Shown: positions 38,675 through 48,724 of the stretch, piece after piece | Layout of the letters: each line of letters begins with the position of its first letter | How positions within the stretch are numbered: position 1 is the first letter of the stretch | NCBI GenBank assembly: GCA_963823555.1 | Contig: CAWGMA010000001.1 | Location: forward strand, 1,824,001 to 1,888,000 | DNA: 64,000 nt | From: Candidatus Eiseniibacteriota bacterium | Lineage (GTDB): Bacteria; Eisenbacteria; RBG-16-71-46; CAVPCR01 | Direction: 5' to 3' | Position numbers and translations under genes: made by a program | The notes under the pieces: generated by a model | The model's input: the letters and a program-made list of their open reading frames with translations, nothing else | The model's database searches: none | Told to the model about the DNA's origin: nothing

Positions 38675-40200
38675 GCCTCCCCGAAGCTCGTGCCGGCGGC
38701 GGCCGCTGCTTCCGGGCCCGACCGCATCAGCTCGGCTCGTCGCACGATGACTCCCGCCAGCACGAAGAAGTACCCGGGCAAGAACTCGTCAAAGCTAGGA
38801 TCGACAAAGTTGATACAGATGAAGAAGGCCATCGCGCTCTGCCAGAAGGCGAGCACGAGATCGCGGCCGAAGAGGCCTGTGGGCAGGGAACTCCGGTAGA
38901 GCACACGGCTCGAGCGAAAGATGAACCAGAATATCAGAACGTAAGGCACGAGGCCGACCAGTCCGAGCTCCACGGCAATGCGCAGGAACGTGTTGTGCGC
39001 GTGCACATTCCGCGCCATGTCCATTCTGATCTCACCGAACCAGGACTTCACGTTGCCGAGCCGCTGGCGATAGCTCTCCCATTTCTGGTCCCACATCTCG
39101 AGCCCATGGCCGAACAGCGGCTCATCGAGGAACATCACGGTGCCGACAACGTAATGCGCGAGGCGGGACTCGCCGGTGGATTCATCGGTGGCGCGCGCCT
39201 TGGCGACCTTGGGATCGACGATGGCCCCGGGCCCGACCATCACCACGAACATGACGCCTGCCAGAAGGAACAGCCCCAGCGCCAGTCGCTGCTGGCGTGA
39301 GAAGAAGGAGCCCAGGAGGAGCGGCACGAAGAAGCCCAGCCAGACCTGGCGGGTCAACGTGTAGAAGATGGCCAGCGGACTGGCCACGATGCCGATGAAG
39401 AGCACCCAGCGCCAGCCGCTACGGATGTTGTTGTAGAGATGGAGAAGGATGAAGAATCCCATCCCCATCGTGGCGCCGTACACCGGTGAATGCAGATAGG
39501 GCCCACGGATGCGGGCGCCGAACCAGCGGCCATCCCCGGCCTTGGGATCCAGGATATCGGGCGGGAACACGAGCCACTTGACTCGATAGTGCTCCAGGAT
39601 ACCGGTCAGGACGAGATAGATTTGCAGGATGGAGAGCGCGACGAGAATCTTCCTCGTGGCGCGGTCGCTTCCGCTCGAATTGCGCGCGAGATAGAAGACC
39701 GAGAACGGGAACACCACGAAGTTCATGAACGCGGTGATCGGACTGATACGGCTCACCGTATGCACCAGGTTCTCGTGCTGGATCATGCTCGCCAGATTGA
39801 CTCCGATGAAGATGAGCATGAGGAGTTCCGGGATCGTGAGCGGCAGCGGCTCACGCCGGCGGAGGGCGAATTCGACGCCGAACACCGCCCACATGAGCAC
39901 CAGCATGAACCGTGGCCCGGACATGTCGGGAATCCCCGGCAAGTTCAGCTGTGTGTAGCGCGTGATGCACGTGAGCGCGAAAAGCCAGAGCACGATGGCA
40001 TTGGTGATATCGAAGAAGGCAACGAGCGTGGTGAGGAGGAGAACGTCCAGGATGACGAGCATGAGGACCTGACGCTCGAGGTCCATCACGCTCCCCAGCA
40101 CGAATGCGGCAGCAACCGTCAGCCCGGCAAACAGGAGCACCGCAAGGACCAGACGCAGGTCCGTTCGCGGTCGCGATTCGATGAGGTTAATCCGCTGCAC
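38671..40200 (-). CDS. O-antigen ligase/Wzy polymerase family protein
   Basis: Many TM segments, RIRGPY, TLTR..W, PLFGHG, HAHNTFLRIAVELGLVG. Confidence 0.85.
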   Translation of the reverse strand: MQRINLIESRPRTDLRLVLAVLLFAGLTVAAAFVLGSVMDLERQVLMLVILDVLLLTTLVAFFDITNAIVLWLFALTCITRYTQLNLPGIPDMSGPRFMLVLMWAVFGVEFALRRREPLPLTIPELLMLIFIGVNLASMIQHENLVHTVSRISPITAFMNFVVFPFSVFYLARNSSGSDRATRKILVALSILQIYLVLTGILEHYRVKWLVFPPDILDPKAGDGRWFGARIRGPYLHSPVYGATMGMGFFILLHLYNNIRSGWRWVLFIGIVASPLAIFYTLTRQVWLGFFVPLLLGSFFSRQQRLALGLFLLAGVMFVVMVGPGAIVDPKVAKARATDESTGESRLAHYVVGTVMFLDEPLFGHGLEMWDQKWESYRQRLGNVKSWFGEIRMDMARNVHAHNTFLRIAVELGLVGLVPYVLIFWFIFRSSRVLYRSSLPTGLFGRDLVLAFWQSAMAFFICINFVDPSFDEFLPGYFFVLAGVIVRRAELMRSGPEAAAAAGTSFGEA

Positions 40201-40229
40201 GTCCGAGGGCCGTCCGGCCGGGATCCGGC

Positions 40230-40976
40230 CTACACCCGGCGATAGATCCACTCCGGCACATAGAACCGCCGGCGATTGAGTACCGCGCCCAGGACTCGAA
40301 TGCCTGCGCCGCGCAGAGCATCGGTCGTCTCGGCGGCGACCTCGCGCACCGTGCGGCCGGCTTCCAAGACGAGAATGGTGCCCGCGGCCGCCTGGGCGAG
40401 ATTGACCGGGTCCGCCATCCCCCCGAAGGGGGCCGAATCGATGATCACGAAGTTGAAATCCCGGGCCCACGCGTCCAGGATCTCGCGAAACGCCGGCTGC
40501 TGGAAGAAGGCCTGCGGGGCCTTGGTCGCCGTGCCCACGGTGACCAGGCTGAGATTGGGCACCGCCGTCGCGTGCATGATCTCGGTCGGTTTGGCCAGGC
40601 CGCGCACCAGGTCGGCGAGGCCAGGTTGGCGCTCCACCTTGAACTTGGTATGCAGGACCGGCGTCCGCAGATTGGCATCGACCAGGAGGATCGGCGCCTG
40701 ACCGGTGGTGGCCAGCGTGGCAGCGAGGCCGACGGCGACCGTCGAGGCCCCGGCGCGGCGCCCGGTGGCGCCCACCACCAAGGTCCGCCTTAGCTCATTG
40801 GCGAACACCGATTCCATCCGGCTCGCCAGGGTAGCGTAGTCTTCCACGGCTTGAAGCGGAATCCCGAGAAGGGCGCCGAGCTCGACCTCCTCTCCCTGGA
40901 GAATGCTGCGGCCCTCTGGCACCCGCTCGGTGGAGTGCCAGCGCTCATAGGCTTTCCTGAGTACCGTGGATGACAT
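40230..40976 (-). CDS. CpsD/CapB-type BY-kinase homolog with degenerate Walker A
   Basis: LLVDANLR, VIIDSAP, LGAVLN; Walker A reads RRAGAST. Confidence 0.82.
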   Translation of the reverse strand: MSSTVLRKAYERWHSTERVPEGRSILQGEEVELGALLGIPLQAVEDYATLASRMESVFANELRRTLVVGATGRRAGASTVAVGLAATLATTGQAPILLVDANLRTPVLHTKFKVERQPGLADLVRGLAKPTEIMHATAVPNLSLVTVGTATKAPQAFFQQPAFREILDAWARDFNFVIIDSAPFGGMADPVNLAQAAAGTILVLEAGRTVREVAAETTDALRGAGIRVLGAVLNRRRFYVPEWIYRRV

Positions 40977-40990
40977 GGCGCCGGGTTGCC

Positions 40991-42421
40991 TCACGTCTTG
41001 TTCCGAGCCGGCCTGACTTCACGCACCGAGCCGAGCACGGGCACCCCGAGTGCAGACTCGATGTCGGCTGGGAACTTGATGGTGTGATCCAGCGTGTCGA
41101 CCATGAAAGCTGCCACCAGCGCCATGCCGACGGCCAGGATGAACGAGAACACCATGAACAGCTTCTGCTTGGCGCCGCCCCCGATCTGCTTGGCGGTGAC
41201 GGCCGGCGAGAGAATCTGCAAGTTCGACATTCGAGGATCCGTCGCTTCCTGCAGACGATGTTGCTGGTGCTGGTTCTCGAGCTCCTCGAGCTCCACGGTG
41301 GCCGTCTTGAGCTCGAGGCTCATCAGCGCCACTCGGGCCTCGTGCTCGGGAATCCCGCTCAGCTTGGCGATGATGCCCTGATACTGCTCATTGAGAGTGG
41401 ACTCACGCCCGCGCAGGACCTCGAGCTGATTCCTCTTGGCCGTCACCAGCCCGAGGACCACCTCGCGGATCGACTCCTTGCACGCCTCCACATCGCGCAG
41501 CACCGACTGTACCTGCGGGCTCTCCGGCGTGTAGGTTGAAAGCAACGAATTGTACTTGGCGTCCAGCTCCGACAGCCGCCGCTGGTAGTTTTGCAGGTTC
41601 TCGTCCTCGGCCAGTTCCGGTGTCGGCACCCGCACATCCGGATGATCGCGCAGGCTACGCTCGATGACTCGCAGCTCGGCCTCCAGCGCCGCGCGTTGAG
41701 CGCGCACCTGGGTCAGATTGTCTTCGACAACGGACCTCTGGTGAATGAGCTCGTTCGTCTGCTGACCGATGTCCGTGAGTCCATGCTTGGTCTTGTAAAG
41801 AGCGAGCTCCGCCCGCATTCGCTCCACATCGGAGCGGGCCTTCATGATCTGCTCTTCAAAGAACTCGGCGGTCTGCTTGTTGCTGCGCATCGCCCGCCGG
41901 TGGGACAGGTAGGCCTCGGCCAACGCGTTCACCGCATCGATGGCGGTACGCGGATCCAAGGCGTGATAGGCCACGCGAATGAAGTTCGTCTCTTCGATGG
42001 GCTCGACCGATAGGTTGCCGATGAGATCGTCGATGCTGGGCGGTCCTGACGGCACGATCCGGTCGCCGTCCTCGACACTGACGGCGACGAAGTCCCGGCT
42101 CAACATCGCCGCCGCCCGCTCGGCCACTGGACGGGAGCGCACGATCTCCACCTCCGACTTCATCTCCTCCCACCACTGCAAGGTCGGACGCGGGATCGCT
42201 CCCGAGGCCCCGCCCTCGCCGCGCATGACCAGGATCCGGGTTTCGGCCACGTAGGCCGTCTTCTGCCTGGCAAGGCTCAGCGCAGAGGCCAGAAAGATGA
42301 GACCGAAGATGGTCAGGACAATCACCCTCCGGCGGAAGATGAGCGAGATCAGATCGCGCGTCGAGCCGAAGCCCGGTCGCGTTCCTCCGGGTCCGATCCT
42401 GACGTTCCTGTCATCCACCAT
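40991..42421 (-). CDS. Wzz/GumC polysaccharide co-polymerase
   Basis: Two TM helices flanking a long coiled coil; C-terminal LDHTIK...LGVPVLG. Confidence 0.88.
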   Translation of the reverse strand: MVDDRNVRIGPGGTRPGFGSTRDLISLIFRRRVIVLTIFGLIFLASALSLARQKTAYVAETRILVMRGEGGASGAIPRPTLQWWEEMKSEVEIVRSRPVAERAAAMLSRDFVAVSVEDGDRIVPSGPPSIDDLIGNLSVEPIEETNFIRVAYHALDPRTAIDAVNALAEAYLSHRRAMRSNKQTAEFFEEQIMKARSDVERMRAELALYKTKHGLTDIGQQTNELIHQRSVVEDNLTQVRAQRAALEAELRVIERSLRDHPDVRVPTPELAEDENLQNYQRRLSELDAKYNSLLSTYTPESPQVQSVLRDVEACKESIREVVLGLVTAKRNQLEVLRGRESTLNEQYQGIIAKLSGIPEHEARVALMSLELKTATVELEELENQHQQHRLQEATDPRMSNLQILSPAVTAKQIGGGAKQKLFMVFSFILAVGMALVAAFMVDTLDHTIKFPADIESALGVPVLGSVREVRPARNKT

Positions 42422-42440
42422 GAATCCGACTCCACCAGCG

Positions 42441-43268
42441 CTAGGGCGCGAAGAAGAGCTCGTTCTTGTAGATCTCGCTCAACGTGAGCACCGTGATCAG
42501 CGCCGGGTTGATGTTCTTGAAATAGAGCTCGATCACGTCCCCGACCTTTCCAATCCCCGACTTGGGCACGATCAGCACGTCCTGCCCGCGCAGGGCGAGG
42601 TCCTGGCCGCTCACCGGTTCGCTGATCAGCTTCTCCAGGTTCACCCTCACCGCCGCCACGCGCCCGCCACCCATCGGACGCACGAGCACGACCTCGTTCC
42701 GCTGGGCCTTGATCGTGAATCCCCCGGCGGTGGCAATCGCCTGGAGAGCCGTCAGCGGGCCGGTGAGCGGGATTTCGCGCGGCGATGTCACCTCCCCGAG
42801 GACGAAGACTCGCTCACCGGCAAACCGGGTGATGATGACCGATAGCGAAGGATCGACGAGAATGCGTCCGAACCCGGCGGTCAGTACCGAGTCGAGTCCG
42901 GCCGGTGTCAGCCCCGCAGCGAGGACATCATCGACACCACGGACCGAGATCCGCCCGTCCGGGCGCACGATGACACGCGATGCGTTGGTCGCCGGCTCCG
43001 GATCGGACAGGAATTCGATCAAGATCTCATCCCCGACCCGGATCCGATAGTCGCTCTGGTACTCGAACGTGGGATCGAACTCCCACGGCACTGGGGTGAC
43101 CTGCTCTCCTGGCTGCAACTCCTTGATGTTGGGTCCAGCGCAGGCCAGAATCGCGAGCAGAACGGCCACCATGCCGACAGGTCGGATTCGACCCGGGTGG
43201 GCTCTAGAGGAAGGAATAGCGGCCGACGCAGCGGAATGGATTCGCGCCTGGACCCATAGCTGGACCAC
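42441..43268 (-). CDS. wza: Wza/Poly_export lipoprotein (start uncertain)
   Basis: Lipobox ILAC, YRIRVGDEI, VRPDGRIS, VLGEV, AIATAGG. Confidence 0.85.
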   Translation of the reverse strand: MVQLWVQARIHSAASAAIPSSRAHPGRIRPVGMVAVLLAILACAGPNIKELQPGEQVTPVPWEFDPTFEYQSDYRIRVGDEILIEFLSDPEPATNASRVIVRPDGRISVRGVDDVLAAGLTPAGLDSVLTAGFGRILVDPSLSVIITRFAGERVFVLGEVTSPREIPLTGPLTALQAIATAGGFTIKAQRNEVVLVRPMGGGRVAAVRVNLEKLISEPVSGQDLALRGQDVLIVPKSGIGKVGDVIELYFKNINPALITVLTLSEIYKNELFFAP

Positions 43269-43372
43269 ACCCTTGACGGGTGGTTCTCGCCGTTCAGGCT
43301 CGACCATTCCCTCGTGCTCGCGAAAACCGACCACAGACTCGTCACTTAGCATAACCCGCGTCCCCAGCCCGG

Positions 43373-44515
43373 TCAACGCTGCCGGCTCCGGCCGGATCGT
43401 GCCACCCCGCCGCGACCACCGGACCCGGCCCGCCCCGTGCTTGGTCCCGCCTTGGCACCTCGCCTCGCCCCGACCCGATCCATGCCGCCGAGGACGAGGG
43501 CGGCCAGGAGCGGCAGCATGATCTCGTGGTGTCCGATGATCTCGATGCCCTCGCCGATACCCCGCGTCGGCCGTTCGAGGACGTTCTTCCCCGGACGGTA
43601 GTGCCGCTGGAAGTCGAAGTTGGCGGTGGTCAGAGCGCTGAGGGGTTCTCCCAGGTTCCTGACCACGCTCAGCGCCTTCAAGAAGACCTCCGGCATGATG
43701 ACCGCCGACCCCAGGTTCAGGACCACCCCGCCCGAGAGCCCGCGCAGCGCAGCCGCCAGGCGGCGAAAATCCCGGAACGTGGTCTCCCCGATCGCCCGAC
43801 CCGAGGCGCTGGGATGCTGGTGCAGGATGTCGGTTCCGATCGCCACGTGCACGGTGACCGGAATTCCCAGCTCGTAGCCTGTAGCCAGAAGGCTACCATC
43901 GCGATACGGAGCCCGGAGCGCAAACAAGCTCTGGCCCAGCACCTCCCCGAGCCCGATGCCCTGGCGTTCCCCCTCGGCGGTAGCGGCATTCATGAGCTCG
44001 GCCGTCTCCCCCGCCATGCCGAAAGCACCCGCATCGAGGGTCTCTTCCACGGTTTCGGACGTTTTGCCCCACATGGCTAGCTCGAAATCATGGATGGCGG
44101 CTGCCCCATTCATGGCAAAGGCGGTGATGACCCCCCGCCTGGCCAGGGCAACCAGGGCGGAGCTCGCGCCGACCTTGACGACATGTCCGCCCAGCATGGC
44201 GACCACCGGGCGCCCTCCCGCGGCGGCGTCCAGGATGGCGCCGACCAGGCGGCGGAGGCCCTCGGCAGCCAGCTGGCGGGGCAGGAAGTCCAGGAAATCA
44301 CCGATCGGGCGCGTAGGATCGGGAGCGGGAGCCAGGTCCGCGATCTGGACCTTGCTGCCACGGCTGGCGATGGGCACGGCCTGGATCCCAGCCAGGTCCA
44401 CCTCGGGCCAGCGGGGAGGCTTCGGGCTCGGGGCCGGGCTGTCCTGTCGGCGATCCCCGCGCTGGGGAGTGCTCCGCGCCCGACCGCGGGGCCGCACGCC
44501 CTTCGGCTGGCTCAT
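43373..44515 (-). CDS. Conserved hypothetical protein, deoxyhypusine-synthase-like fold
   Basis: GGHVVKVG, MNGAAAIHDFE, IPVTVHVAIGTD, GSAVIMPEVFLK, GHHEIM. Confidence 0.6.
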   Translation of the reverse strand: MSQPKGVRPRGRARSTPQRGDRRQDSPAPSPKPPRWPEVDLAGIQAVPIASRGSKVQIADLAPAPDPTRPIGDFLDFLPRQLAAEGLRRLVGAILDAAAGGRPVVAMLGGHVVKVGASSALVALARRGVITAFAMNGAAAIHDFELAMWGKTSETVEETLDAGAFGMAGETAELMNAATAEGERQGIGLGEVLGQSLFALRAPYRDGSLLATGYELGIPVTVHVAIGTDILHQHPSASGRAIGETTFRDFRRLAAALRGLSGGVVLNLGSAVIMPEVFLKALSVVRNLGEPLSALTTANFDFQRHYRPGKNVLERPTRGIGEGIEIIGHHEIMLPLLAALVLGGMDRVGARRGAKAGPSTGRAGSGGRGGVARSGRSRQR

Positions 44516-44529
44516 TTTGGGCCTCGTCT

Positions 44530-45438
44530 TCAGTTCGTGTTCGACTCGGGGAGACCCAGGGTGGTTGCTGGATCCCCCGGTTCGATCCCGGTCAGGATGG
44601 CGGCCACGGCCCCCACCTTGATCTGGCTCTTCATCAGCACCGGGAGGCGCCGTTCGTCCCGAGTCAACCACACCGTGAGCGACCCCGTGCGGCGAAAGAG
44701 CCCGCTCGTCATGAGCTTGGGTTCGACCACCCAGCAATCGAATCTGCCGACGGGAGTGTCGATCGTCTCCTCGCGCAGCACATGGATGTTCAGCGAGTAG
44801 CTCTTCTTGCCGTCGTGGGCCTCGATCGGAATCGAGCTGCCGACCTCGAGCGGTACGGTACGCACATAGTACATGGCACCCAGGACATCGCGCGCGCCGG
44901 GGATGAGATCGAGCGTGGATCCATCACTGTAATGGAGTTCTTGAACCTCTTGGTCCCACTCGACTTGCTGATCGAGGCGGTAGCTTCCCTCGCGGATCCG
45001 CCGCGTCGAGCGACGAGTGACGAGGGTGACGAAGTCGGCGTAACTCTCGATGCGGTCGTCGACCTTGTAGAACGCCGAGAAGAGGGGTAGAGACTTGGCC
45101 GTGGAAGCAAAGCGGTAGCACTCCCGGCCGTCCACCATCTCGATCGCCTCGACCGCGAGCATCGCCACGCCGGCCTTGATCGGCCCCCACTGCAGGGAGA
45201 ACCTGAGTTTCTCGCCCACCGCAAACGGTCGCGGGAATGGAATCTCCCTGGGCGGGAGGAGTGCTGCAACCGAGTCCGCGGCGAGCGACGCCGCCGCAGA
45301 ATCCACCGCTCCCGCAACGTCCTCGGGCAGATCCGAGTACTCCGATTCGGCCTCGTCGCCGTCACTCGCAGTGAGCGGCGCCGGGATCAGGCCGACCAGG
45401 ATCAGCACCACCGGGAGGAGCCAAACAGATCGAAACAT
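44530..45438 (-). CDS. Exported DUF3108-family protein
   Basis: Signal peptide; F.VGEKL.F.L.WG.I.AG, TPVGRFDC, VWLT.DERRLPV. Confidence 0.75.
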   Translation of the reverse strand: MFRSVWLLPVVLILVGLIPAPLTASDGDEAESEYSDLPEDVAGAVDSAAASLAADSVAALLPPREIPFPRPFAVGEKLRFSLQWGPIKAGVAMLAVEAIEMVDGRECYRFASTAKSLPLFSAFYKVDDRIESYADFVTLVTRRSTRRIREGSYRLDQQVEWDQEVQELHYSDGSTLDLIPGARDVLGAMYYVRTVPLEVGSSIPIEAHDGKKSYSLNIHVLREETIDTPVGRFDCWVVEPKLMTSGLFRRTGSLTVWLTRDERRLPVLMKSQIKVGAVAAILTGIEPGDPATTLGLPESNTN

Positions 45439-45582
45439 CGCCTCCAGAGTCCAGCTTCGGGGCACACCAGAGTGGCCGGGAAGGGTAACCCACCAGGCGC
45501 GCCCGGCCTAGCTTGTTTCCACGACGGCCGGGGAACACCATCCATGAACCCGGGACCCCATTGCCCCTCGGATTCGCCTCTC

Positions 45583-45611
45583 TTGACCCCCCGCCGGGGC
45601 TCTCCTAGGAT
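45583..45611 (+). promoter_or_regulatory. Sigma70 promoter of the aminotransferase
   Basis: TTGACC-17 nt-TAGGAT, 45 nt before the start. Confidence 0.6.
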
Positions 45612-45656
45612 GGAATCCTCCATTCGGCGCCGTCATGACCAAAAGGAGCACGACCC

Positions 45657-46892
45657 GTGCCGGAAATCTCACGCCGCGCCCGACAGGCACCACCTTCTCC
45701 GATCCGTCGTTTGATGCCCCTGGCCGACGCCGCTCGCCAGCGTGGGATCACCGTTCACCATCTGAACATCGGCCAGCCCGACCTCGTCACGCCGGAACCG
45801 ATGCGCGCGGCTCTCGGCCGCTACCGGGACCAGGTCATCGCCTACGGTCCCTCGGACGGGTTGCCCTCCTGCCGCACGGCGTTGCGTCGCTACTACGCCG
45901 ACGCTGGCATCCCGGTTACGGATCCCGAGTTCGTCGTCACCACGGCAGGCTCCGAGGCCATCCTGTTCGCGCTCGCCGCGGGGATCAACCCGGGTGAGTC
46001 GGTCCTAGTCCCCGAGCCGCTCTACGCCAACTATCTCGGGTTTGCCGCCGTCCTGGGCGTCGACGTGGTCGCCATCCCTTGTCACGTGGAGAACGGATAT
46101 CACCTTCCCATCGATCTCGACCGCTTCGTCGAGCCGGGCACGCGGGCGATCCTGTTCGCCAATCCCGGCAATCCCACCGGGACGGTCTATGGCCGCGACG
46201 AGCTCCAGCGCCTGATCGATCTCGCCCTGGCCCGCGATCTCTTCGTGATCGCCGATGAGGTCTACCGCGAGTTCGTCTATGACGGCACGGAACGCGCGAT
46301 AAGCGTCCTCGAGTTCCCGGAGATCCGGGACCGCGCAATCGTCGTCGACAGCATGTCCAAGCGCTACAGCCTGTGTGGAGCCCGCGTGGGCACGATCGTG
46401 AGCCGGAACGCCGAGCTCATGGCCGCGGTACGCCGCTTCGCCATGGCTCGCCTCTCACCGCCGGTGCTCGGTCAGCTCGTCGTGGCCGCCGCGGACGAGC
46501 TGGGACCGGATTACTTTGCCGAGGTACGAGCCGCCTACCGTTCGCGGCGCGACCTGACGGTCAAGGCGCTGCGCGCCATCACGGGTGTGACCTGCCCCGA
46601 ACCGGAAGGGGCCTTCTACGTCATGGCTCGCCTGCCGGTCCCCGACGCCGAGGCGTTCGTGCGATTCCTGCTCGAGTCGTTCGCCATCGATGGCGAGACC
46701 ACCATGCTGGCGCCGGGGAACGGCTTCTATCATACGCCGGGCGGCGGCGCCGACGAGGTGCGGGTGGCGTACGTCCTCGCCGAGGACAAGCTCGAGCGCG
46801 CGCTGCGGATCGTGACCGAGGGACTCGTGGCCTACAAGGCCGTGGCTCCGGCCCGCCCGGCGGCGGCCGCCGCTTCCCCACGCTCGGGCTAG
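45657..46892 (+). CDS. Class I/II PLP-dependent aminotransferase
   Basis: LNIGQPD, NPGNPTG, DEVY, SMSKRYSLCGARVG. Confidence 0.92.
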   Translation: MPEISRRARQAPPSPIRRLMPLADAARQRGITVHHLNIGQPDLVTPEPMRAALGRYRDQVIAYGPSDGLPSCRTALRRYYADAGIPVTDPEFVVTTAGSEAILFALAAGINPGESVLVPEPLYANYLGFAAVLGVDVVAIPCHVENGYHLPIDLDRFVEPGTRAILFANPGNPTGTVYGRDELQRLIDLALARDLFVIADEVYREFVYDGTERAISVLEFPEIRDRAIVVDSMSKRYSLCGARVGTIVSRNAELMAAVRRFAMARLSPPVLGQLVVAAADELGPDYFAEVRAAYRSRRDLTVKALRAITGVTCPEPEGAFYVMARLPVPDAEAFVRFLLESFAIDGETTMLAPGNGFYHTPGGGADEVRVAYVLAEDKLERALRIVTEGLVAYKAVAPARPAAAAASPRSG

Positions 46893-48520
46893 CGCGCGCG
46901 GACGATCTTCTCGACCGCTTCCTCTCCGCCCGCGGTGAGCCGGACGAAGTAGACGCCGCGCGGCGCGCGGGTGGCACCGAGCCATGTCAGCTCATGCGGT
47001 CCCGCCGCGAGCATCCCCCGGTGCACGCACTCGATCGCGCGCCCGGCGGCATCGTAGATCTGGACCTCGACCTCGGCGGCCGCTGGCAAGCTGAATGCGA
47101 TCTCGACCGGGCCCGACGCCGGGATCGGCGCGGCCCGGAGCTGGAACCGGGAAGCGGTGGGCGCGGGCTCTCCGATCGGAGTCGTCTGCGGCATGAACTC
47201 ATAGGCCCCGATGTCGTAATAGCGAATCGGTAGCGCGCCCGTGTCCGGCACCGATGGCACATCGATGCGCGGGTTGCCGAGGATGTCGAACTGCGGCATG
47301 CCGTCGGAATAGCCGGCATCGATGCCGGGCGAATCCGGAGCCAGCGAGAAGACGAAGCTGTCCGCGTTCATGAAGCGCGGATCGGTGTTCCCGTTGTGCG
47401 CGCCCGGGTAGGGTGCCGGGGTATCGAGGATCGAGTAGTAGATGGTCGCGGTCGAGATCGAATCGAGATACACCGGGGTCACCGAGTTCCAGGCGATCGA
47501 GTTGCCGACGACGATGCGAGCCCCACCGGCATACATGTACTTCTCGTAGGCGGCAAAGGCGCGATTGCACCTGTAGGCCACGCAGTTGAAGATGCTGAGC
47601 GTGGAATGGGCGGTGGCGGTGAATCCCTCGTTGGCATCGGCGACGACCGAATTCTCGATGATGACTTGACTCGAGAACTCGCTGACCGAGACCCCCTTGT
47701 CGTTGCAGTTGTAGGCCTCGAAACAGCTCATCCGGGTCTGGATCCCGAAATGATCGATGTCGAGACCGTCGTCGCCGACATCGATAGCGACGTTATTGTG
47801 GAAGTTGATTTCGGCCTGCTCCGCGGAGGTAATGCTGTAGGCATCGTCGAAGCAGCTCACGACGCGACAATCCTCGACGGTGGTGGAGCAATGATCCCAG
47901 CTGTTGAAGCCCTGCCGGTAGGTATACTGGACGAGGTTGCGGCGAAAGACCACGCTTCCGCCCTGGAACTCGGTGGCGTCGAGCCCGGCGTTGGAGAGAA
48001 CGCAGTCCTCCACAATCGTGTTACCGACGGCGTTCGAGATCATGCCCTCGTGATCGGTGTTGTAGATGATGGGCTGGTCCGAGCTCCATTCGAGGCGGCA
48101 GTGGCGGAAGGTCAGCTCGGCACCGAAGCCCGCGACCACACCCCAGCGACCGGCCTGGTTGCGCTTGAAGGTGATGATCGAATCCGGCGTGCCTTCGGCG
48201 AGGAGCGTCCCGTTGTCGATCACGAGCGACTGGCCGGGGTCCAAGCGCACCTGGACCCCGGGGCGGATGGTGAGCGTCACGCCGGGCAGCACGAGCACGT
48301 TGCCGGCCACGATGTAGGGCGATCCGGCCACGTTCCAGGTGGCGTCGGCCGGGATCGGCCCGGTCACCTGGGTGCTGGCGCCGGCCGCGTGAGAGATCGT
48401 GACCCCGAGGAGGAGACCGATGCCAAGCACGAGGGCAAAGCGAGCGCGAGCGAAAACGTCCGTGTCACGGCGAGGTGGATGAAGCACGGTCCCCGCAGGG
48501 CGCAGCATGATGTACCTCAT
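46889..48520 (-). CDS. Secreted right-handed beta-helix protein with FlgD-Ig/T9SS-like C-terminal domain
   Basis: W...GSPY, GVTLTIRPG, DDA/DDGLDID/DKGVSV rungs, DPRF...SPGIDAG...DIGAYE, YDAAGR...GVY...KIV. Confidence 0.8.
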   Translation of the reverse strand: MRYIMLRPAGTVLHPPRRDTDVFARARFALVLGIGLLLGVTISHAAGASTQVTGPIPADATWNVAGSPYIVAGNVLVLPGVTLTIRPGVQVRLDPGQSLVIDNGTLLAEGTPDSIITFKRNQAGRWGVVAGFGAELTFRHCRLEWSSDQPIIYNTDHEGMISNAVGNTIVEDCVLSNAGLDATEFQGGSVVFRRNLVQYTYRQGFNSWDHCSTTVEDCRVVSCFDDAYSITSAEQAEINFHNNVAIDVGDDGLDIDHFGIQTRMSCFEAYNCNDKGVSVSEFSSQVIIENSVVADANEGFTATAHSTLSIFNCVAYRCNRAFAAYEKYMYAGGARIVVGNSIAWNSVTPVYLDSISTATIYYSILDTPAPYPGAHNGNTDPRFMNADSFVFSLAPDSPGIDAGYSDGMPQFDILGNPRIDVPSVPDTGALPIRYYDIGAYEFMPQTTPIGEPAPTASRFQLRAAPIPASGPVEIAFSLPAAAEVEVQIYDAAGRAIECVHRGMLAAGPHELTWLGATRAPRGVYFVRLTAGGEEAVEKIVRAR

Positions 48521-48724
48521 AGGAGGGGGCTACGGGCGACGTCTCTGATGTCTCTAAGGATAATGTGCCGGCACGAGCGTCGCAAGCGCCATGCACCTGC
48601 GGCCTCTGCCGCAGCTCGCCGCCTCGTCGCGGTGCAGCGTCCGAGTGGGGAATCACACCCCGGTGTGTCCAATCGGCTCGCTTCCCGCCGCTTCGCAGGG
48701 CGAGAAGCCCCGGCCGCGAAGGCC

